This document shows, piece by piece, positions 22,493 to 33,611 of a DNA stretch of 64,000 nucleotides. The translations under genes and the position numbers were made by a program. The stretch's first letter is position 1, and every line of letters starts with the position of its first letter. The DNA is taken from the NCBI GenBank assembly GCA_010909165.1, contig VJWM01000240.1:186001-250000 (forward strand), in the 5' to 3' direction. The notes beneath the pieces were generated by a model that was not told where the DNA came from, did not search any database, and saw only the letters and a program-made list of their open reading frames with translations. The stretch is from Anthoceros angustus. Lineage: Eukaryota > Plantae > Anthocerotophyta.

Positions 22493-23365
22493 TATTACCC
22501 ATTATCCTTTTGATTTTCCTTTTCGGAAATTAGGGTATTTTCTGGTTTTTTCCCTATATATAAATCCCCTTAAATACTTTTAATTAGTTTTAATTCCACC
22601 TATTTACTGAAGTTGGGTTATTAGTTTCTCATCTCAGTTCTCCTTAAGTGGGAGTTATTTTAATAGTGATTATTACTTTCAGTTTTACCTTAAGTTTTAC
22701 TTTATGCCTTTAAGTAAAGTTTAGTTAGGGACTAGTTTTACTAGACTAGTTTTCCTAGACCTCTTGAAAATCACCCCTAGTTCATAGTGAGTGGGAGTGA
22801 TAAAATAGCTTACTATTAGGGCACTCTTCACTAGGGCACCTAGGACTTAATAATTAATTTAGTCCTTAGGGCTCTAGGTAGTTTCTTTTAGTAGTTATTT
22901 AATTGGTTAGTTGTTACAACCACTTATTGGTTACAACTACCTTGCCTACATAAAGGCATGTACTTTCTATTATGAATGTAATGCAACACATATTGCTTGA
23001 GCTTGTGTATGATTCTCATCAATGCCTGGGGAACTCTCGGCGAGGGTAGACTACGGGGAAAGACTCCTGGAGGTTCTCATTGTTTGTCAAACTCATAGCA
23101 ACCGGCCCAAGGAAGAACTTGCGGTGGAGGCCGACCCAGGCGGTTGTGCCGTAGGCGGCGTAGTAAGCCCAGGCGAGGTTAGAATAGGAGGAAGATGAGG
23201 AGATGAGTAGAGGATTAGAGTGTAGGTGTTAGTGGAAGGCCACAGGCAGAGCCTAAGGGACGAATCCCAAATCTGCAAGTAAAAGGCCGCTCCCTGAGTG
23301 GGGAAGAGTGGTCGTAGAAGTAGGGACGAAATTGCGGTGTGGATCAGGGGGTCCCTGGGCTGACA
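22493..23365 (+). mobile_element. Putative LTR (copy 2, from tandem duplication)
   Basis: Near-identical to 20846-21708 with the same PPT upstream. Ends GGGCTGACA. Confidence 0.5.
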
Positions 23366-23949
23366 GGTTAAAGCACACCACATACACAAAACAATCTGGC
23401 TCCCTGGATCAAGCTCCAACACACACACATAAAAAATATTCAGAGCCTGTAGACAGCCTATCTGGGCCAACCATCTAACACGCACCAGCTACCCATTCAC
23501 AGCTTGCCTGCACATGCACCTGATCACACAACGACCAGCAACCATAAGTCATGAAACTGCACTACCAAGCTCAAGAAGCTACCATAAGCACAAGAAGCTA
23601 CCATAAGCACAAGAAGCTACACCACCAAGTTCAAAGCCACACCAAGAAGGTCTAGTAATTTTGAGCTGCAGACGGACATCTGGACAAAGAGACGATCCGT
23701 CTCCGCATCACACCACCACTCCTAAGATCGCCAAGGTCGCGATGTCATTAGATGCATCCGTCTCCAAGGTTGAAAGCACACTTCAAACACAAAACAATCT
23801 CGGATCAAGCTCCAACACACACACAAAAACATTCGAGCTCAGACAAAGATATCCGGACCAGCCGCAATCACACCCACCGCTCACGGGATCAAGCTCAAGC
23901 ATATCACCAAAAAAAACTTGAGACAATCAACTAGCCGGAACGAGAAAAT

Positions 23950-24700
23950 GACCCACCCGTGTGCCCCGCCTCCTCTTCTCCATCCTGAAAGAACACGATG
24001 ATTTTGTCCTCCTCTACCAAGCCTATGACTTACGCCTCCTTGTCGAATAAGTTCTTCCTCACGCTCCTTGGCGGGCATGTCCTCCTCGCTTGCTCTCACC
24101 TGCTCACTCCTCTCACCGCCTCCTCGAATCAAGACACATGCTCAATCCCAAAGATCACATTTTCCCCGCCTCGGACCTTGTTACGGGGCCTTGTGAATCA
24201 GGGGTCTCTTCCTGCCGGACATCCACTTTCTTCTCCTTCTCCCCTGCCCGACCCTTCTTCTTCTCCTCCTTCAAGGCTTTCCTCCCATCTGTTTCCTGTT
24301 TGAAGGCTAACCAGTTTACAGCCTTGTGCATTTTTTTCTCCACTAGGATGCCCAAGGCCATCAACCTCGGGATTTTTTGGCCACCACTACTAGCTCGCTT
24401 ACCATAAATATGGAAGATCAGGTCATCAATGTTCCGCCACTCTTTATCTGAAAACTTTTCGATCCTTTCCACCAGAAGCCTCGCCGCTCCTACACCAAAC
24501 CGAGGTCAAACACGCATCGCCTCCCACCGCCTCCTTCACCTGCTGAAGCTACGCCGAACGCTCACCCTTCCTCTCGGGACAAAGTCTCCAGTGTGCCAAC
24601 ACCAAGTGGAGCGCCCACTTGGGCGTCCTCCAAGGCTTTCACACGGCTTGTCGAGTCACAAGATTCTTTAGAGCACGCCCGATTCCGTGTCATTCCTACA
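23950..24700 (-). mobile_element. TE-associated ORF remnant of unknown function
   Basis: ORF 24155-24472 (...ALGILVEKKMHKAVNWLAFKQETD, then a K/E-rich tail) with broken flanking frames, embedded among short repeats. Confidence 0.4.
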
Positions 24701-25165
24701 ATCTCCTCATCGACGCCACCATGTCACTATAAATAGATGCAGCATCCTAGCACCTTGTCCTCAATGTTGACCCAAATGGCCCGCAGCAGTGAAGCGGCGG
24801 TAGATGAGCCTCAACCGATTCAAGCTAGCACATCTACAACAAAAGCTTTAGCAACATGTTAATAAAAGCACAAACCAGCAGAGGCAAGAGCAAGCAATGT
24901 TGAGGGCGTGGGCAGCAACCGAGGGCGTGGAGTAGCAAAAGAAGACCAACACTAGCAGAGTGTGAGCAGAAGCAGCACCAAGACTTGCAGAGGCAAGAAG
25001 ACGCACTAGCAAGAGCACACCAGACTTGCAGAGGGCGAGGAGCTAAGAGCAAGACTAGAAGGTGAGCAAGAAGACAAGCAAGGGTAGGAGCACCGGCACG
25101 GCGAGCAAGAGCACCAAGAGGCGGGAGCAAGAAGACAAGCAAGGGTAGGAGCACCGGCACCACAG

Positions 25166-25408
25166 CTCCCAAGTTTCCACGCCTCGGCCTCAGTGCTCCC
25201 AAGCTCCTTGAAGCTTCCCACACTCGCCTTCAGCTCCCAAGCCCCTTGAAGCTTCCCACACCTCGACTCCCAAGCTCCCACGCCTCGACTCCCAAGCTTC
25301 CCACACCTCCCAAGCCTCGGCTCCCAAGCTTCCCACGCTCTCGGCTCCCAAGCTTCCCATGCTCTCGGCTCCTAAGCTTCCCACGCTCTCGGCTCCCAAG
25401 CTCTCGGC
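25166..25408. repeat. Minisatellite, about 24-bp unit CTCCCAAGCTTCCCACGCTCTCGG
   Basis: About 10 degenerate copies, regular at 25321-25400. Preceded by AGCAAGA-rich repeats at 24870-25150. Confidence 0.85.
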
Positions 25409-27489
25409 CTTCAGGCCCCAACGGCGTCCTTCTCGCAAGTAATAAATTTTGGTAGGAGAAACATAAATAAAATAAAAAATATTAATTTAGTGAAACTTTG
25501 ACTATCTCACATCACTCTCTCACATCTCTCTCTCATCTCTCAAAAGTAACCAAGTGTACCACAACCATATGGTACAAAAGTGTACCACCAAACCATGCTT
25601 ACACCCAGATAGCACTCAGTTTTGATCGGGTCAATTACGCTTTTCGTCTTAGAAGGTCAGAATCCACTCTTCTGGTTTTAGAAGGTGAGAATTCGGCTCA
25701 ATGCTGACATGCACTATGTACAACAACTCCTCCAAACCCGTAAGGAAACTTAAGCACTAAAGCCTATTGTAAGAGGTGCCCATTCCCTACCACCACCGAT
25801 CATGTCGACATATACACGCACGCCACCTTCTCGGACCGAACCCGAGTTGCACACATTTGTGAAGGATCGCATGTGCTTCATGCCATACTCGCCAGCGAGC
25901 CACACTCACTCGTAAGCCCGCTTTTGCATTCATGCATCCGGACATCCAAATTAACCTCAAATCTTTGTGAAAGGAAACGAAACATTACGAAGACCAGCTC
26001 ATTGCCCACTTACCACGGCCTTGAGGCCTTTGCGATCGTCGACAAGAGGCAAGGCGGCTGTAATCTGCCAACATTTCAGGCCCCCACTCAGACCCGAAGA
26101 CCAGCTTCCCTATCAAGTTGACACTGGAGTCGATGTGTGCCTGAGACATTATTCTTGCCATGTCTGGCGGCTTTCACTTTGTTCTTGACCCTTGGTGAAT
26201 GCTTGTCTTGGAAAATCGATCATAAAGGGACAAGGAAGAGAAGGATCGATGTCAGACATGAAAAAACCAGTTACCCTCGTCCCTTCCAAAGTTCACAGCA
26301 AATCCACATGAAGAGTAATGATGCTTGTACCTTGTGCCAATAGTGCGACAAATCGGCATGATGTTGATTCACAACCAATGACTCCCAGTGATTGTTCCCG
26401 AAATGCCCATGTCCAACAAGGTAGGCTGGCGTTCGCATTCGAGGGTCATAGCCTAAGAAGAGATAATTTGTCGCGTATTGCATCACATGTGAGCCGATGT
26501 AAGTGTTGTCATTCGAGGTCCTCTTCTTCACCACAAAGAAGAGGAACACCAACAAGGAGATGAGCACAAATGAGTCCCGCAATTGAAGGAGCGATGTCGT
26601 GTCTCTCAAAACTAACAAGAGGGCGTGAGATGCGAGTTGCACTCAACTGCGGTCTTGATCTACATGAGGCGTGAATCCACATGGTCTCTCATGAACATGG
26701 TTTTAGGCCTGGTCTCCGAATCTGCACCGGGCAGCAGATTAGGCGTCTTGTCGCATCTGCACCGCTTTCTTTTTAGATCGGTTCACCCGCGATGAGAAGT
26801 GCATAGCTTTGAAAACCTGATTTGAAACCTGGACTTCAAACCGACGGGTTTGGAATCCTTTCATCCCGGGTATGGAAAGCCGGGTATGGAAATGCAGGTA
26901 CAAGGTACAGAGAACGGGTGCAAAAACCCGAGTATGCGACGGGAACCACAAACTGATGTTGCTGCTATGTCGTGTATGTCGATATGAAGCCACGGTACAT
27001 CGGGTTGCGCGGTACATCGGGTTGCGCGTCCGCACAGGTCTGCTGACCGTATTTGCCTTAATGGCCATCGGGGTATCGATGGGAAAGCGCGTAGGTGCTC
27101 CATCTTTATTGTCACCCTTGTCACCCTTGGGGTTTCCAAGGACGATTCAGGATAGGTGTATTATTTGTATTATTTCAATAGGTATAATATTTATATTATT
27201 ATTTTAATTGTAAATCAAGTGGACTTGTAAGGAGGTAAACTCTATCAAGCTCTTTACTCTCCGACCCGACTCCGTCTCGGATTGTCTGTCCCTTCTAACA
27301 TTGCTTGTCAAAGGTTCCAGTTCGCTGTCCCTTGTTGCATGGCGAGGTTCTGGTGCAGGGTTTAGGGTTTAACAAGGAAGAAGTTGCCCAGACCACAAAG
27401 CCAGCAGACAGTGGATTTGGCGTGGCTGGCGTGTTGTGCTTGTCCATCGGCCAGCGTCGCAGAATTTGGTGTGATTCCAGGAGGTGCCG

Positions 27490-29153
27490 ATGGTAATGGT
27501 GAGGAAGCTGTGCAGAAATCGGGGAGTGGTAATGGACTTGCTATTGCGATCTCCCTCTCCTGCCGTTTGGCATCCCACGACTGCCCGCTTTGCCAGGCGC
27601 GTACTGACGTGCGCAGGGAATCCCTGGGTCAGCAGCAGGCTAGATGCGAGCAGCGGGATTGGATTTCTTGCTGCCCGAGGAATTTTCCAGTTTGGAAGGA
27701 TGGACGGAGCGAGGCCTGGCGGGGATGGCAGGAAGAGCTTTTCCAAGCTAGGGTTTGGGGAGGGGCCCTACCAGAGTGTGGCCACGGGAGGGGACGGCGA
27801 AGGCGGCGGGGGAGGGGCTTGGGATAGGTACACTGGCGGAGGCGGCGCGGGAGATGGAGAGCAGCCCGGCGGGAGCACCGGTGGATGGCGAACCCTGTTG
27901 GCTTGGTAATTCTTACAGCAATTTGGTGCCTGAGCTTTGCAAGCAATGCAGCAGGGGTGGCTGAGAAGTTCAGAACCTCCGACCGATGATGCTCTCAATC
28001 GGGGACGACTGAATGCCGCAATGTAGGCGTCTGCGTTGCTGCGGGATTGGTGATTGTCATAGCCTGCCCAGGGGCTGGTTAGGTTGGTTCATGCTCTGCG
28101 GTTTCGTCTCAGGTACATGACGAAGCTTGAGGAGCATCCCGTGCGAACCAAGGCTTTGACGGCGGGCATCTTGAATGTCTTTGGTGACTTGCTTTCGCAG
28201 GTGAGGGCCGGGATTTGGGAGACGTGGTTCTGCCGGAGTGTGCAATTTTTCGGGGAGATAATCGTTTCGTGCTGCTATTCGGTGCTGGTTTCAGGTACTG
28301 ATGGAGAAGACGGAACAGTTGGACCTTAAGCGGTCTGCCATGTTCTTTGTGATAGGATTGGCCTTGGTTGGGCCGACTCTCCATTACTGGTATGGTTATG
28401 GTTTGCTTGCGGAGGCGCGATGAGAACGCTTTCATTCTCTGATTTGGCATGTTTTCCCCGAGCACTCTGGAAAAGCTTCTTTCCTTCGCTGACGATGGTA
28501 GGTTCAAGGTATTCTACTCTGAACAGAGTGATTACGCTCGGAGGCCCTAAAGGGGCAGGTTTACGGCTTGTATGTGACCAGGTGAGCTACTATAAAATCG
28601 TGGGGACTTTTTGATCCTGAATCCGTGTGAGGAGACTCACATAGCGGTTTACTGCAGCTGGCGTTTGCACCAGTGTTCATTGCAGCTTTCTTCACCGTCC
28701 TTCTGACGTTGGAAGGTCGACCGTCCGACATCGGTCCTAAGCTGCACCAGGTGAGCCATGGATTCTCACTCGCGATCTGGCCCACAAGCAAACCTTGAGT
28801 TCTTGCATGTTTCTCCAGGCAAAGGCAAGGTTTTCTGGACCATGGAGACTGACTCGTTGGCAATACGACTAGGATTGGTCAGCAGCAGTACTGACAAACT
28901 GGAAGATCTGGGTTCCGTTTCAGTTTCTCAACTTCCTGTTCGTACCCCCGCAGCTCCAGGTAGTTGTCAACCTTTTTGGGTAATCACGCGTTACTGTCTT
29001 TCAGTTTCCCTAGCAACTTGTCTGTTCAGTACTGAGGTGGTGGGTGTGTTTCAGGTTGCTGCATCCAACGTGATTGCACTGGTGTGGAACATGTATCTAT
29101 CATATTCAAGTCACAAGGAGGTTGAGCATACACCACCTTCACCCACGGCTTGA
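27490..29153 (+). CDS. Mpv17/PMP22 family membrane protein with N-terminal transit-peptide-like extension, 7 exons
   Basis: Exons 27490-27905, 28113-28200, 28295-28389, 28509-28581, 28658-28750, 28873-28959 and 29055-29153 (GT-AG, in frame). Motifs: LEEHPVRTKALTAG, GPTLHYWY, DQLAFAPVF, NWKIWVPFQFLNFLFVP. Gly-rich linker. The start could instead be ATG 27532. Confidence 0.93.
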
Positions 29154-29973
29154 CGCTTGCTTCCCGGCGCTCGGAAAGCGAAACCCATGCCCATAGGTCT
29201 TGTATGTATGGCCCACAACTGGAGTTTACTTACGGCGCATAACTGGAGCTCACCCCTAGTTTCTCAGTTTCTTTGCTGTGTGCTAAGAGAGGAGGCTTTT
29301 CTCCATTTTGCACACTTCAAAACTCAGTTATGACCTCTGCTCAGACGATTATGGCAGTCTGAAGTCACCTTTGTTGGCTGGTCACGGGAACGTGACAGCA
29401 GAGTCCCGTCTGTTGAGAGACCTGTGTGTCATCGGCTTGATTGCAGGAGTCCTCCAGGTGGAGGTGGTGTGTTTCTGAATATGACGGTGAAATAAAACCG
29501 TGTCAAGAGCACGCCCGCAGAGTATGACCTCCAATCTTCCATCGCCAAGATGTGGCTTCCAACCAATGACCCTTGAAAAGCTAACGGCCTTGTGTCGGAG
29601 GACCCTGAAGGCTTCCACGTGGTGAAAAGGCCACGAGGCCTTCATGCATGACACACCCTTCCACGCGCCTTCCTCACATCCCCTCGCCGTTGCTCCTGAA
29701 ACCCATACAAATGCCGCTCCACTCTGCAGTCTCTCAGCGAAACGCGCATTCGATTCTTCAGCTGAGAAATACCTTGGCACGCGACTCCATTGCCAGGTAA
29801 GGACTCTGCAATGCGAAGCAGACTTGTGCAATTGGCTGTCAGGTACAATGCAGTGCCTGAAAAGGCAGTTTTCATCTCCAGTGTGAAAGACAGGACAGGT
29901 TTTGTTCCCAGCTGAGATCTCACGACACTTCACCTGCGAGAACAAGATGACGATGACCTTGACATCCACCAAC

Positions 29974-30760
29974 ATGGCTGCAGTGGGTAGTTTGACTCCC
30001 AGTTTGCATTCCCGAGTCACTATTGGGACCAGGACTGTGGTATCCATGGGAGCAATGAGATCATCATCTTATGCAGGTACAGATCCAGAGCATCGTGAAT
30101 CCATGCTATTCCGTCCATTTGCCTTCAGAGATGCTCCTCGGATAAGTAGACATCTTCCCAGGACGGTCCTGAGAACATGTCTCCTTTCCCAAGGATCATC
30201 TCTGAATGCAGCATGGACGTGGCTTTGATCTCTGTTTTCTGCACTCACCGAATTCCAGTGGTTCCTCACTCACATAGTGTCTTCGTGGGCCTGCAAGCAG
30301 GTGCTCCTTTGCAATTGAGCAATGTGACCTCGGGCTACAGGAAAGCGTCTGGCCTGAGTGTCAGAATGGAGGCAGAAGTGAAGACAGGGAAAGGAGGGCC
30401 ACAACCACCCTCCTCCCCGCCAGGTTTGGGTGGAACTGAAATTCCTCTCGGGGTGATCACCACATCGGCCCCTTTGGAGCAGAAGGGCACTCCAGTGCCT
30501 CAAAGAATTGCCTACATCTGCCAGGATTGTGGCTACATCTACGACTTGGAGACGCCATTTGAGGAACAATCCGAGGACTACAACTGCCCTGGTTCGTACA
30601 TTGTCATGTTTTGTCACGTCAATGAACTTGTCGTCTGCTAAATCCTGCTTCTCATTTTATGATATTTGCTGCAGTTTGCACTGCACCCAAGAATCGGTTT
30701 GTACCGTCCAACTCTACCGTGGAGGAAACTCTAGATACTACTGAAGAGAACCAGAATTAA
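29974..30760 (+). CDS. Rubredoxin-like protein with plastid transit-peptide-like N-terminus, about 159 aa, 3 exons
   Basis: Exons 29974-30076, 30301-30591 and 30675-30760. Splicing yields YICQDCGYIYD...YNCPVCTAPKNRF with two CxxC pairs. The N-terminus is Ser/Thr-rich. In-frame upstream ATGs at 29947 and 29953 are possible starts. Confidence 0.9.
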
Positions 30761-31653
30761 AGAGATGGTAGCAGTGTGCATACGACGTAGGCGACGGTTT
30801 TAGGTTCCAAGTGTGTATATAAAGGTTTCGAGGCACAATCTGCCTAGTTATTGAAAACTTCCCAACTCGGACGAATGCGTGAATCTGTCCGGACAGATGT
30901 CGGTTGATTGGCTCTTGCTGTAAATTGTGTAATGGAAAAAAATGCCTTGTTGTAAATTGTGCAATGGGAAAAAATGCCAACATGCTGGCTATTTTTGAAC
31001 TCAGTAAGGCTTCTTGACCGCAATAAGGCCATCGCTTTTTGCCAACTTGGACTTTAGTCATCGGAACTTCAAAAAATATATTAATAGTACATATCAATGC
31101 ATGTGAGCAGCTGGAAAATAAAAAAATTGCTCAAGAGGAGGAACTCCAAGGGCACTTGCCAACGGGCAAGCTTATAATTGGTATTCATCAGTTGAACATC
31201 ATTGTTGAGATTTCAAACCATGGATAGATGGAAGTGCCAAAATGTGGCGCGACTTTTGCTGACGGCCAGCCGGGCGCGCACAATCCCGTGTCGTTGTAGG
31301 AAGGAGTCCGTTCCCAAGGGAATGGTCTCGTGCTTATTACTGAGCTCTGACCCTATCGCTGACGGACTTCATCGGGTTGGGTCCCGGCGGCTCCACAACC
31401 TAAGTGTGTGCCCTCCACAACTCGGCTAGCGACCACCGGACCTTCCCACAAACCCCGCCCGATTTCTCGATTACTACGGAGTTTAAGGTTTATGACGCAT
31501 TCGCCACTATGTACTCTAGCGCCTGACTCCTCAACTCGTCCGCCAACTCCACCTCAACACACGCCCGTAACCGACCCTTCTCCCTTATCCATTCCGGCTA
31601 GTAGTCACAACACCAACACCGATGTATTCACACGGGCCGCCTTTGCTTCCAGG

Positions 31654-32010
31654 TGCTTCACGTTCTGGAGAAGTGGCTTGCACTGCAACCCCACCTCCGT
31701 TCAGTGACCTCCAAGGATGGCTTCTTGACGAGTCACCCCTAAGCGCCTCTAATCCCCTCCGGTGCTTCACGTTCTGGAGTGGTAAACCGCTGCATCCCCG
31801 GCCTCGTTCAGTGACCTCAAGGATGGCTTCCGCCCAGAGTCACCCCAAGCGCCTCCTAATCTCCTACCGCTTCACGTTCTGGAAGGCTTGGCTGCATCCC
31901 CACCTCATTCAGTGACCTCAAGGATGGCTTCCGCCGTGTCGCCCCAAGCGCCTCCTAATCTCTCCCGCGCACGCTCATGGAGAAGTGGCTTGCACTGCAT
32001 CCCCCATTTC
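31654..32010. repeat. About 107-bp tandem repeat (about 3.3 copies) within LTR B
   Basis: GCTTCACGTTCTGGA...TTCAGTGACCTC(C)AAGGATGGCTTC recurs at about 31655, 31764 and 31869, with a partial fourth copy at about 31970. Confidence 0.85.
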
Positions 32011-32433
32011 CTGCTCCACAGCCTCAAGGTTAGTCTCAGACCCGAGAAATCACCATGAGCACCTCCCGAGCTCAGTCCGACCCGTGCACCCATCAAGCGT
32101 GTTGGCGGAGCTCGTCACGAGCTCTAACACATCCCTCTACCACCAATTAATCCGCACGGTGGACGCAGGAACTCACTCCGCTCCTCGAGCACGGGCAAGA
32201 GCACACGGAGCGCCGAAGATGGTACTGGGATAGTCTCGCCTTGACGCCAGCCTTCCTATATACTCCCATACCCTAACCTAACCCGCCTATGTATGTACCT
32301 AACCTAACCCGCCTATGTATGTACCTAACCGGTCGTGAATCACGGACGTAGCTCATCATCGCGACTTCTTGCACCACCGCTCACCAAACAAGAGATCCAT
32401 GCCAGCGATGCCCACCAAACTAAACCACCCGGC

Positions 32434-32669
32434 AGACCACTCCACCGGACCTCGCCGGACGGACCACTCCGTCGGACCTCGCAAGGACGGACCACTCCGG
32501 ACCTCGCCCGGACGGACCACTCGTGGGACCTCGCCGGACGGACCACTCCGTCGGACCTCGCCGGACGGACCACTCGTCGGACCTCGCCCGGACGGACCAC
32601 TCCACCGGACCTCGCGAGGCAGACCACTCCGTCGGACCTCGCCGGACCTCGCCGGACCACTCCGTGGAC
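32434..32669. repeat. 27-bp minisatellite GGACCACTCCGTCGGACCTCGCCGGAC (8-9 copies)
   Basis: Head-to-tail copies with small variants and no spacers. Confidence 0.92.
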
Positions 32670-32879
32670 AACGGACCGAGGGTCTAGGGATTGCACGTAT
32701 AAGTGCAATCGGCGAAAATGGCCTTATTGGCTAACTCCTCCCTATCCTCTTATGATGTGACCAGAAAAAAGCAAACAAGCCGCCAAGAGTACGGACGCCA
32801 GTTTGGCACTCCACGTAAAGCCTGCACAAGCAAGAAAGGGACTGAACACCTCAAGCACTGCTCCAATATGTCTCTAAAG

Positions 32880-33072
32880 GTGAGTTGGGGAGCCCACGCA
32901 CAGCTACGTGCGCTCAGACGTGGCTCGAGGTGCACCTGGTGCGAAGTGGTATGGCACAGAAACTTAGCAGAGGATGAAGCTTGCCAACGGCACGGTGGAA
33001 CGTGTGACGGTCCATGAGGTGCTGGTAAAAATTGCTTTCAAGGGCTATGATGATGAAGTCCACCTGGAGCTC
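32880..33072 (+). mobile_element. Ty3/gypsy aspartic protease remnant
   Basis: GA(T)HSYVRSDVAR (DSGATHSF-like, 1-nt frameshift) followed by MKLANGTVERVTVHEVLVKIAFKGYDDEVHLEL. Confidence 0.55.
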
Positions 33073-33074
33073 TG

Positions 33075-33187
33075 GGTCAATTCCTCCTCTGCGTCCGGTA
33101 AAACTTCATAGCCATGAATCCTTTGAGGAATAAACTCTGCGCAGCGCTTGTCCACCTCCATAGCAATGTAATTCCGGCCACAGAGGG
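33075..33187 (-). pseudogene. Possible C-terminal fragment of an N4/N6 (beta-class) DNA methyltransferase
   Basis: LCGRNYIAMEVDKRCAEFIPQRI resembles the GR..IG.E.D..Y.....RL tail that follows the SAM-binding motif. Only about 25 aa, with no catalytic or FxGxG motif in the window. Confidence 0.3.
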
Positions 33188-33611
33188 GGTAGTCTACCCT
33201 CAAGCCGAGAGTTCCCTGGGCATTGCCACACAACCAAAGCAAAGCAATTTCACAGCAACCATTCACAAGGGGAGCAACTCGTTTAGGCACTTGGTGAGCA
33301 AGTCCTCCACCAAGCACTCCGACCACGCGACTTCCTCTCTAGCTGCGTTGGCTCACGGCCCGCGAAATTCCTACATGGCAAAGGACTCGAGTATGGGCGC
33401 AAGACATGATACTTTACTTTGTGAAATCCTCCTCCTCTTATAGGAGGCCTTCCACATACAACCTCCCTTAGGTGACCCTACTGCAGGTCACCTTTTCCAA
33501 TATTCTATTATTTCCTACATGACATTTAATGCACCTAAATCTATTAGATCCTTGGTAAATTCTATTCTAGTAACTTCACCTAAGATCATCCTTAAAGGAT
33601 GTCAGTCTACA
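33188..33611 (-). mobile_element. Putative 3' LTR of element C with upstream PPT
   Basis: Minus strand reads GGGGAATGGGAAGGATAGG (33633-33615), then TGTAGAC at 33611, TATAAGA at about 33442, and an apparent end ...GTAGACTAC at 33189. Confidence 0.6.

Larger units (their letters stand above)
20478..23808. repeat. Tandem duplication of about 1.65 kb (20478-22119 and 22120-23808)
   Basis: Colinear near-identity. GATCAA microhomology at 20478, 22120 and 23803. Confidence 0.92.
31243..32800 (-). mobile_element. LTR-like sequence (LTR B, solo or orphan) related to the element A LTR
   Basis: On the minus strand it ends CCATTCCCTTGGGAA...CAACGACA...CGCCACA, matching the 3' end of LTR A (CCATTCCCTTGGGAT...TAACGACA...TTCCACA). 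TATA-like TATATAGG at about 32255-32262. No target-site duplication found, and the right boundary is uncertain. Confidence 0.6.

Noticed and set aside
27357-27370. Telomeric repeat
   Set aside because: Only about 1.5 units (GGGTTTAGGGTTT), at most a telo-box in a 5' region.
32434-32669. CRISPR-like array of 27-bp repeats
   Set aside because: Head-to-tail copies without unique spacers, no cas genes, and located inside a plant LTR. It is a minisatellite.
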